Origin: Clostridia bacterium
GTDB lineage: Bacteria > Bacillota > Clostridia > Oscillospirales > Acutalibacteraceae
Direction: 5' to 3'
DNA: 64,000 nt
NCBI GenBank assembly: GCA_017472225.1
Contig: JAFUQS010000062.1
Coordinates: forward strand, 10,825-74,824
Below are positions 56,910 through 64,000 of the stretch, one piece after another; within the stretch, counting starts at the first letter, position 1; every line of letters starts with the position of its first letter. The notes beneath the pieces were generated by a model. That model was not told the origin of the DNA. It saw only the letters and a program-made list of their open reading frames with translations, and did no database searches. The translations under genes and the position numbers were made by a program.

Positions 56910-58544
56910 TTAGCCTCCGATATTGCCATAAAGCACTCTTGCTGTGTTTTCCTGATGCTCAGCGGCTGTTTCGGCAAGATAAATTTCACCTGTTGAAGTA
57001 TCATGACAGAAGAAGTAATAGTCTGTATCAGCAGGATAAAGAGCAGCTTCAATAGCAGCCTTACCCGGGTTACAGATAGGTCCGGGAGGAAGTCCTGTCT
57101 GACTGTAGGTATTATACTTATCAAGATAAAGCGAATAGTAAACATCCGAGAAAAGATTGTATTCCTTGAGTGATGAAATATAATCTCTTGTTGAGTTCAT
57201 TTCAAGGTTGGGGTATGTTGCACTATCCTTAAGACGGTTATGAATAACGGATGAAATATCTGCCATCTGTGTGCCGTCCTTGGCTTCTCTTTGAATAATC
57301 GAAGCAATGTTGATAATCTGATCCTGTGTCATACCAAGCTCCTTGAGTCTTGTGCTGTATTCAGCAGTCCACCTTGACTCAAAGTTGTTGAAAAGCTTTT
57401 TAAGAACGGAGCTTGCATTTTCACCGATATAGAAATCATAGGTATCAGGGAAAAGATAACCCTCTGCCTTAAGATATCTTCCGCTTACATTTTTAATTTC
57501 TGAAATAAAGGTATACTGGTCACCTATAATTTCAAGGTTAGCATAAAGCTTTTCAGCCTCACAAACCTCATACTTTTCTATTTTCTCGAACACCTGAGCA
57601 ACGCTCCAGCCTTCAGGGAAGGTAAGACGGATTGTATCCTTTGCCACATTGCTTCTGACCATGATGCTTTCAAGCAGATTTTCGACACCGGCATCAGCAT
57701 CAAGATAATAAGAGCCCGGCTCATATTCTATTCTTCTTGTTTCAACAAAGGCTCCGTTTTTGTCGTAAATATCGACCTCGTCATAATGCCTGAATTTGCA
57801 GAATATATCCGTTATAAGCGGCTGCTTTATCAGACCCTTATCTGCAAGAATATTAAAGACCTCGTCATAGTCTGAGCCTTCAGGGATTTCAACATAAACA
57901 GATGATTGGTCATCAGAATTTATAACAAGAATGTCATTGATTACAGCAAGAGCCACCGTTGATGCGGTAACCGTAAGAATAGTGATGAAAATAAGACAAA
58001 CGCAGGTAACGAGCACACTCTGAACAAAGTTATACTTTCTTCTGCTTGTGCGCTTTTTTGCTTTTGAGGGAGCTGTACTTTTGCCCGACGGCTTCTGAGC
58101 TTTTGATGCAGTTCTGCCGTTTGCAGGTCTTTTTGCCGCAGCAGCTTTCGGATTGCCTGAAGCAGGTCTTCGCTGCGCCGACTGTCCTGTTCCCGATGCA
58201 GGTCTTCTTGCCGGCTGAGCTTGAGAAGCTCTCCTTGCCTGAGATGAAGCAGCCGTACCTGAGGGTCTCCTTGTCTGGGACGAAGCAGCACTTCTCGGAG
58301 CTGCACTTCTCGGAGCTGCACTTCTCGGAGCAGATGAGGGCTTGGTCACAGGGACATCATCTATATCGGGAATATGTAGCTCAAATTTTTTCGGCTTTGA
58401 TGCCATAGGAACGCCTTCAGAGGCACTTCTTGAATCAATATTAACACTGAAATCGCCTAATGACGGTGTTTTTGTGGGATAATATGAACCTGAATTCTGA
58501 CCGCCGAAGCCATCAGAACCTTCGTTGCGAAAACGATCATCCAT
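56910..58544 (-). CDS. mltG: Endolytic murein transglycosylase MltG (YceG-like) with a long basic low-complexity N-terminus
   Basis: 544 aa. TM helix, YceG core (FPEGW, ASIIQREA, NTYSQTGLPPGPICNPG). Confidence 0.88.
   Translation of the reverse strand: MDDRFRNEGSDGFGGQNSGSYYPTKTPSLGDFSVNIDSRSASEGVPMASKPKKFELHIPDIDDVPVTKPSSAPRSAAPRSAAPRSAASSQTRRPSGTAASSQARRASQAQPARRPASGTGQSAQRRPASGNPKAAAAKRPANGRTASKAQKPSGKSTAPSKAKKRTSRRKYNFVQSVLVTCVCLIFITILTVTASTVALAVINDILVINSDDQSSVYVEIPEGSDYDEVFNILADKGLIKQPLITDIFCKFRHYDEVDIYDKNGAFVETRRIEYEPGSYYLDADAGVENLLESIMVRSNVAKDTIRLTFPEGWSVAQVFEKIEKYEVCEAEKLYANLEIIGDQYTFISEIKNVSGRYLKAEGYLFPDTYDFYIGENASSVLKKLFNNFESRWTAEYSTRLKELGMTQDQIINIASIIQREAKDGTQMADISSVIHNRLKDSATYPNLEMNSTRDYISSLKEYNLFSDVYYSLYLDKYNTYSQTGLPPGPICNPGKAAIEAALYPADTDYYFFCHDTSTGEIYLAETAAEHQENTARVLYGNIGG
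58288..58331. repeat. 15 bp direct tandem repeat, about 3 copies, inside mltG
   Basis: GCACTTCTCGGAGCT repeated at 58288, 58303 and 58318. It encodes (PRSAA)x3. Confidence 0.85.
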
Positions 58545-58546
58545 AG

Positions 58547-59125
58547 TTATTCCTCCTCCATTTTGAAAATATATATCTTCTTATCGGTGATAAGATAATT
58601 AACCTTTACATCGTGTTTATCAAGAGATAAGCTATCGGAAAGACAGCTTTCAAAGCAAATTCCGACAGATTCGCCGCAGAACTCAGAAAGAAAACGATCA
58701 TAGTAGCCTTTGCCGTAACCGAGTCTTCCGCCTTTTTTGTCAAAGCCGAGACCAGGAACAAGACAAACGGTATTTTCATCATAATCTGCCTTCTTGCAAA
58801 GCTCCTTTACCGGCTCTTTGATGCCGTACATACCTGTTATCATATCCTCAGGGCTTTCAGTGAAATAAAACTCCATGCTTCCTTCACTGTCAATGCACAA
58901 GGGAAAAGCAACTTTCTTGCCATCGCTCAAGGCTTTTCTGAACACAGCATCGATATTCACTTCACTGTTCACGGCTGAATACAGAAAAACCGATGTACAT
59001 TCTTTATACATATCGCTTTCAGTAAATAAACGGCAAATTCTTTTCTGAAGCTCTGCCCTGTTTTCAGTATTATTCCGTATTGCTCTGTATTTTATGCGAA
59101 GTGAAGCTTTATCATCAGGTCTCAT
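58547..59125 (-). CDS. 5-formyltetrahydrofolate cyclo-ligase
   Basis: 192 aa. LRIKYRAIRN..., VPGLGFDKKGGRLGYGKGYYDRFL. Confidence 0.88.
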   Translation of the reverse strand: MRPDDKASLRIKYRAIRNNTENRAELQKRICRLFTESDMYKECTSVFLYSAVNSEVNIDAVFRKALSDGKKVAFPLCIDSEGSMEFYFTESPEDMITGMYGIKEPVKELCKKADYDENTVCLVPGLGFDKKGGRLGYGKGYYDRFLSEFCGESVGICFESCLSDSLSLDKHDVKVNYLITDKKIYIFKMEEE

Positions 59126-59664
59126 TTTGATTGAATCTGACTTCTGATTTCATCAGACTTTTCCTTTGAAATTAACTGAGCCACAATTTCAAGACCGAAA
59201 TCAACAGCCACACCGGCACCCTTAGCAGTGATGAATCTGCCGTCACAAACAACATAATCCTCACTTATGTTTGCTCCGTCAAGCTCATTTTCAAAGCCGG
59301 GATAAGCAATTGCATTTCTGCCTTTAAGCAGCCCTTTATGACCTAAAATTTGAGGAGCAGCACAAATGGCACAAACAAATTTATCATTCTGAGCTGCAAA
59401 ATCAATAGCCTTTTGCACCACAGGGCTGTTCTCAAGATTAAGAGCACCGGGCATTCCTCCGGGAAGAATAACGGCTTCAAGCTTATCGTCAAGAATTACA
59501 TCCTTCAAAGAACAGTCTGCCGTTACCTTGATTCCGTGGCTGCCGCAGACAACTTCACCGGTTACACCGACGGTTTTCACCTCAAGGTGTGCCCTTGTTA
59601 ACATATCAATGGGAGCAATAGCCTCCAATTCTTCAAAGCCGTCAGCAAGAAAACAATAAATCAT
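59122..59664 (-). CDS. DJ-1/PfpI (ThiJ) family protein
   Basis: 180 aa from ATG 59664 (SD AGGAG). LADGFEELE, LPGGMPG, nucleophile elbow AICAAP. Confidence 0.85.
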   Translation of the reverse strand: MIYCFLADGFEELEAIAPIDMLTRAHLEVKTVGVTGEVVCGSHGIKVTADCSLKDVILDDKLEAVILPGGMPGALNLENSPVVQKAIDFAAQNDKFVCAICAAPQILGHKGLLKGRNAIAYPGFENELDGANISEDYVVCDGRFITAKGAGVAVDFGLEIVAQLISKEKSDEIRSQIQSK

Positions 59665-59678
59665 TTGTGTCAACTCCT

Positions 59679-60518
59679 TTAATTCAACGCCAAATTCATA
59701 TAGATATCCGTATATTGCCAATCCCTTTTAAGTTCATTATTTATGGGATATATCATTCCGAATTTTTTGGGAAAAGATATAATTGAAAACTCACTCATAT
59801 CATACGGTGAAATAACAACACAGAAAGGTTTACTTACAATTTTCAGCACCTTTTTAAGCTCCTGCTCAAGCTTATCCTGTTCGCAAATAAATTCAAAAGC
59901 TATATCATCATTTTCATGAGTGAAACAACAATATGCAGAATCAGAAAGCTTCAAAAAATCAGCTTTTCCTTTTTTCATAGCAGCAACTGCATAGTCGGTT
60001 GCAGTTCCGCAGTAATCAACCATGTTTCCTTTGTAATTTTTTCTCATAGCTTTGAGTGTTTCAGCATTTGAAATGATTTCAACAGAAAAATCGGCTTGAT
60101 AATCAGTTTCGAAAAAATTATTCCAATAATGCATTGCTTCCTGAAATCCGAACTTTTTATAATAATTATACAGTTCATCATTCGCAGGAACAAGACTGAT
60201 ATAATCAATACCCTCATTTCCGCAAAAAAGCTCAGCCTCTTTAATAAGCTTACCCATTAAGCCTTTTTTTCTGTATTGAGGCAATGTTGCAGCCGAATAC
60301 AAGTAGTACCCTTGATAGCTTTTACCTTCAAAAGAGAGAGTATTTTTCAAAAGGTAAAAGGCCGAAACAGCTTTTCCGTTCTCAATTTCAGCAAAACAAA
60401 GAATGTCATTTTTATATTCCTCTTTGTAAATGCAATTTATATAACCATAATCGTCACCAAAAACCACATTCCATAAATCCCTAAGACTTTCTTTGTACTT
60501 AAGAGCATCAATCAACAT
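59679..60518 (-). CDS. GNAT-family N-acetyltransferase with a C-terminal extension
   Basis: 279 aa. Acetyl-CoA motif A LPQYRKKGLMGKLI. 11 nt overlap with the upstream gene. Confidence 0.7.
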   Translation of the reverse strand: MLIDALKYKESLRDLWNVVFGDDYGYINCIYKEEYKNDILCFAEIENGKAVSAFYLLKNTLSFEGKSYQGYYLYSAATLPQYRKKGLMGKLIKEAELFCGNEGIDYISLVPANDELYNYYKKFGFQEAMHYWNNFFETDYQADFSVEIISNAETLKAMRKNYKGNMVDYCGTATDYAVAAMKKGKADFLKLSDSAYCCFTHENDDIAFEFICEQDKLEQELKKVLKIVSKPFCVVISPYDMSEFSIISFPKKFGMIYPINNELKRDWQYTDIYMNLALN

Positions 60519-61407
60519 ACTTATATACAGCTTCGTATTTATCGGGCAGAAGTGCCGGATGATACGAAAGCTTTGCCCTTCTCAAGTTTTCAGCACCGAC
60601 ATCATCTTCACGGTCGATGTATTTATACGCTTTAAGCTCATTCATAACAAACTGCTGATTTATCATGGGATATGCTCCCCTTATATCGGGATAAGCCTTT
60701 TCAAAATGCACACAGAAGGCCTCATCATTCATTCTTTCGCCCATTGTGTAGGCAACAACTCTGCCGTCACATCTCAGAAGTCCGCCGACATATCCGAGCG
60801 CATCATAATTTTCAAAAACCAGCTTAATGATTTTCAATTCATTTTCAAGGTCACTTCTGAATTCGCTTTCACTTTTCAAAAGCCAATCCTCGCTCATCGC
60901 AAGACACTCATCGATATTTTCTGACGTGATTTTTTCATAAGACCAGTTGTTATTTCTCATAAAGAAAGAAATATGATTTCTTTTTGGCTGATACTTTTTA
61001 CCCTTGAGGTTTATAAGGTCCTCCGAAAGATAAATATAATCAAAGCTGTCTCTTTCAAGAGTGATATCGAATTCCTTTCCGAAATTTTCTGAAAGGAATT
61101 CTGCATTTTCAGAATTCATACCAAAAATACCGAAGGTGGTTTTTCTTTCAATTCCGTCTTCAATAATCGCCTTTATTGCATTGTAAACATCGCCGTTGCC
61201 GACAGGAAAACAGTATTCTGCATAGTCTTCGACAAAACAGCACCTTGTTACAAGACAACCGCAGACCTCGGCAACAAGAATATCCATTTTTGCGCAGTAT
61301 GAAAATATATTTCCGAAGGTGTATTCGCAAGTGAGAAAGCCGGACTGATTTATTTTTTCGTTAATCCAGTCCTTGTCCCCAAGAGTGGGACGGTGAAAAT
61401 CAATCAT
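60508..61407 (-). CDS. DUF2156 (MprF C-terminal, aminoacyl-tRNA-dependent transferase-like) domain protein
   Basis: 299 aa, soluble. LGDKDWINEKI...CEYTFGNIFSY and DYIYLSEDLINLKGKKYQPKRNHISFF resemble standalone DUF2156 proteins as I recall them. Confidence 0.55.
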   Translation of the reverse strand: MIDFHRPTLGDKDWINEKINQSGFLTCEYTFGNIFSYCAKMDILVAEVCGCLVTRCCFVEDYAEYCFPVGNGDVYNAIKAIIEDGIERKTTFGIFGMNSENAEFLSENFGKEFDITLERDSFDYIYLSEDLINLKGKKYQPKRNHISFFMRNNNWSYEKITSENIDECLAMSEDWLLKSESEFRSDLENELKIIKLVFENYDALGYVGGLLRCDGRVVAYTMGERMNDEAFCVHFEKAYPDIRGAYPMINQQFVMNELKAYKYIDREDDVGAENLRRAKLSYHPALLPDKYEAVYKYVD

Positions 61408-62074
61408 TATTCAAAAGATTCCTTTCAACGGTATCAATTACCGTTTCTGATATTTCTTCTAACGGTAAGGGCTCACCGTCCTTGCCGCAGTGGATAATAC
61501 TCCAACCGAGCTTTTCAGCCGCATATGCTGCTGCCTTGTGGCATGAAATGAGATATTCAACATCTCTTTCATGAACATCTTTTTTATTTTCATCACCCTG
61601 ATATCTCTTTGAAAGAAGCTTCTGAGAAACATCAACGGGCATTTCAAGGTAAATTACCAGATCCGGGGCAGGAATTCCCATTTTGTTATATTCAAAATCA
61701 AAAAGCCATTCAAGATAACTGTCCCAATCCTTTTCATCAAGCTTCGTCATCTGATGGGATGCATTTGATGTTGTATATCTGTTTGCTACCGTAATTTTAT
61801 CGGAATTATATTCCTTTTCCCAATATTTTTTATAGCTTGCATATCTGTCAACAGCATAAAAGGTTGAAGCTGCATAAGCGTTGACATCCGAAGGCTTATC
61901 GCCCATTTCACCGCCGAGATACATTTTGACAAGTGTGCTTGACGGATCATTATAATAAGGCAGGTCCAGAGTATAGGTTTCTATACCCTTACCGTTCAAA
62001 TACTCTTTGAGAAGATTTGCCTGAGTGGACTTTCCGCTTCCGTCAAGTCCTTCTATCACTACCATTTTACCCAT
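61400..62074 (-). CDS. tmk: Thymidylate kinase family protein
   Basis: 224 aa. P-loop VVIEGLDGSGKSTQ, DRY-like AVDRYAS, LID-region basic residues. Confidence 0.8.
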   Translation of the reverse strand: MGKMVVIEGLDGSGKSTQANLLKEYLNGKGIETYTLDLPYYNDPSSTLVKMYLGGEMGDKPSDVNAYAASTFYAVDRYASYKKYWEKEYNSDKITVANRYTTSNASHQMTKLDEKDWDSYLEWLFDFEYNKMGIPAPDLVIYLEMPVDVSQKLLSKRYQGDENKKDVHERDVEYLISCHKAAAYAAEKLGWSIIHCGKDGEPLPLEEISETVIDTVERNLLNND

Positions 62075-62090
62075 TTTTTATTTCTCCGAA

Positions 62091-62441
62091 TCAATATGTA
62101 AGAATTACTGCAAAAACAGTGAGCTTTTCATTTTCGGTGCGATTTGCAATTGAATGCTTTTCACCGCCAAGGCAAACACAACTGTCACCCGGCTTGAGAA
62201 TTTCAGTTTTGCCGTTGTCATCATAAGTGGCAGTACCTTCAATTATATAGAAAACCTCTTCTTCATTTTCGTGAACATGAGCACCGATTGAGCAGCCGGG
62301 CTCAAGGGTGATTGTGCCGATAAGTCTTGATGAGCCTTTATATTCACCCTTATCGAGAATTTCCCTGATAACAGCCTGTCCGTCTCCGCCTCTCATATTA
62401 ACCTTAACATTAACTGTCATGTTTTCATTTCTTTTAATCAT
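62091..62441 (-). CDS. Cupin-domain protein
   Basis: 116 aa from ATG 62441 (SD GGGGGAAG). GCSIGAHVHENEEEVFYIIEG...PGDSCVCLGGEKHS. Confidence 0.75.
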   Translation of the reverse strand: MIKRNENMTVNVKVNMRGGDGQAVIREILDKGEYKGSSRLIGTITLEPGCSIGAHVHENEEEVFYIIEGTATYDDNGKTEILKPGDSCVCLGGEKHSIANRTENEKLTVFAVILTY

Positions 62442-62472
62442 ACATACTTCCCCCATTTTTACAATCCATATG

Positions 62473-62501
62473 ATTATAACAACTTTTTTCGTTTTATTCA
62501 A
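62473..62501 (-). promoter_or_regulatory. Sigma-A type promoter of the cupin-tmk-... operon
   Basis: Minus-sense TTGAAT, 17 nt spacer, TATAAT with TGt extended -10. Confidence 0.6.
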
Positions 62502-62544
62502 TGCTTTTTAATAAAATTTTACCGTTGAGTTTCAAATATAATAA

Positions 62545-62573
62545 TTGACAAAATCCGTAATATATCTTAAAAT
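62545..62573 (+). promoter_or_regulatory. Sigma-A type promoter of thyX
   Basis: TTGACA, 17 nt spacer, TAAAAT. Confidence 0.65.
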
Positions 62574-62594
62574 GATAGAAATACACAATAGGAT

Positions 62595-63974
62595 GTGATA
62601 AAATTGGCAAAAAGCGGAGCTTACCTCATCGGTATAACAGATTGCACGCAGGATGTATGTGCCGCATCGGGCAGAATTTCAACACAAAGCGGAACTGCTC
62701 TTGAAATATTTGAAAGAAGTCATGATGAAGAAAAAAATACAAAGCTTATCGGAAAGGTTACCCGTTCCGGTCATACTTCAACAATAGAGCACGCATTCTT
62801 CAACCTTGCTTTTGAAAATGTTTCAGTCGTTGTTGAGCAGTTCATGATTGAATTCAGACTTGCCTCTTTCACAGTAAAATCCCGTCGCTATGTTGACTTC
62901 AGTGACTGCGGATATTATATGCCTGAATTCAAAAATGATGAGGACAAGGCTGAATATACAAAAACCATTGATGAGCTGTTTGTGTCCTACGGCAAGCTTT
63001 GTGAAAGCGGTATTCCTAAGGAGGATGCACGTTTTGTTCTCCCCTATTGCTTCTTCAGTAATTTTTATTGCTCACTTAACGGCAGAGAGCTTGTCAATGT
63101 GCTCAATGCAATGATTTACGGCAGAGGCAGGAAAATTAAAGAGATATATGAAATCGGTATTTCACTTCTTGCTCAGGCAAGAGAGAAGACTCCCGGTATT
63201 TTCTCAGATTTTGAAGTAAAGGGCGAAAAATACCGTGATGAAGCTGACCTCGGATTTGGAGAAATTGCCGAGGACGAAACCGGCAGTGATAAATGCGAAA
63301 TTCTTTCGGTAACTCAGGACGGCGAGAAAAATGTTTGCCGCACTGCTCTTATTGAGCAATATAATTATTCACCCAATCAGATTGAAAAAATCCTTTCTGA
63401 TGAAGAAAATATCAGAAAAATTTTAAAGGCAGTTACCTCATCCGCAAGGGCAAGAGCTCTTGAAAGCTATAACTGTACAGTACGCTTTAACCGGGTTTCA
63501 CTTGCGTGTCTGACTCACTTTGCACGCCACAGAATGCAAAGCATCTGCATTCCCGGGCTTATGAAAACAAGAAGAACAGACTATGTTGTGCCTGAAACCG
63601 TGAAAGAAAATGATGACCTTCTTAAAATATACGAAGGCTGTTTCAGCAAAATGGCAAAGCTTTACGAAAGCTTCAAAAACAAGGGTTATGACGAAAATCT
63701 TCTTATTTACTGTGTTCTCAGTGGCTGCACCCTTGACATTGTCACAACCATGAATGCAAGAGAAATGCTTTTATTCTTCCGTCTTCGCTCATGCACAAGA
63801 GCACAGTGGGAAATTCAGGAATATGCCGTTGACTTTCTTTCAAAGCTTCGCAAAATTTCTCCCGACCTTTTCTCACATTACGGTCCGAGCTGTTATGTGA
63901 CAGGTGTCTGCCCTGAAGGACGACTCAGTTGCGGCAGAAGTGCTGAAATTAAAGAAATCTTTAAAAGCTTATAA
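62595..63974 (+). CDS. thyX: FAD-dependent thymidylate synthase ThyX, tandem two-domain form
   Basis: 459 aa, twice the usual length. The N-terminal half reads SGHTSTIEHAFFNLAFENVS...FRLASFTVKSRRYV. The C-terminal half reads THFARHRMQS...NAREMLLFFRLRSCTRAQWEIQEYA. Non-ATG start (GTG 62595 or TTG 62604). Confidence 0.8.
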   Translation: MIKLAKSGAYLIGITDCTQDVCAASGRISTQSGTALEIFERSHDEEKNTKLIGKVTRSGHTSTIEHAFFNLAFENVSVVVEQFMIEFRLASFTVKSRRYVDFSDCGYYMPEFKNDEDKAEYTKTIDELFVSYGKLCESGIPKEDARFVLPYCFFSNFYCSLNGRELVNVLNAMIYGRGRKIKEIYEIGISLLAQAREKTPGIFSDFEVKGEKYRDEADLGFGEIAEDETGSDKCEILSVTQDGEKNVCRTALIEQYNYSPNQIEKILSDEENIRKILKAVTSSARARALESYNCTVRFNRVSLACLTHFARHRMQSICIPGLMKTRRTDYVVPETVKENDDLLKIYEGCFSKMAKLYESFKNKGYDENLLIYCVLSGCTLDIVTTMNAREMLLFFRLRSCTRAQWEIQEYAVDFLSKLRKISPDLFSHYGPSCYVTGVCPEGRLSCGRSAEIKEIFKSL

Positions 63975-64000
63975 AAAAATCAGAGCTTGACATTGAAAAA

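Noticed and set aside
1-64000. CRISPR arrays, prophage or defence islands, transposases, integrases, rRNA or tRNA genes
   Set aside because: I looked for direct-repeat arrays, recombinase motifs and tRNA-like cloverleaf ends while reading all intergenic regions. None was found. The only repeats are the 15 bp triplet in mltG and local hairpins.

Overview
Chromosomal segment that looks like a low-GC Firmicutes/Clostridia genome (spore SASP, WhiA, DivIVA/SepF, split transketolase, T-box leaders). The gene content suggests a gut or rumen anaerobe, but I cannot verify the taxon. All calls come from reading the six-frame track and the DNA by eye; no database or covariance-model search was run. I find about 50 protein genes. 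From about 16.2 kb to 62.4 kb every gene is on the minus strand, in a housekeeping block: GH13 glucosidase and GPH sugar symporter, uvrBA behind a LexA box, radC, pfkA, dnaE, rqcH, nif3, trmK, split tkt, rluD, lspA, divIVA, sepF, yggS, miaA, mutLS, ymcA-like, miaB, whiA, murB, glcK, hprK, a tryptophanase-family lyase with a divergent LysR regulator, U32 peptidase, mltG, 5-FTHF cyclo-ligase, DJ-1, GNAT, DUF2156, tmk and a cupin, with a divergent tandem-domain thyX. I saw no transposase, integrase, CRISPR, rRNA or tRNA. The most unusual part is the left 7.4 kb. It holds two consecutive minus-strand T-box leaders with readable specifiers, CUC (Leu) and AUC (Ile). Neither precedes an aminoacyl-tRNA synthetase or an ilv/leu enzyme. 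The Leu leader gates a LeuA-like protein that appears to lack all catalytic motifs, then a xylose-isomerase-like TIM barrel fused to an AMP-forming ligase, then an amidohydrolase-2 enzyme. The Ile leader gates an HTH-cupin fused to an acyl-CoA synthetase, which is not in the ORF track because it runs off the window edge. I propose this as a candidate undescribed system under branched-chain amino acid starvation control, possibly activating branched-chain short fatty acids. The second notable item is a rod-like structured element of about 205 nt between uvrB and radC (24635-24841) that I cannot assign to any RNA family. Several ORF-track starts are corrected using Shine-Dalgarno (SD) and promoter positions.
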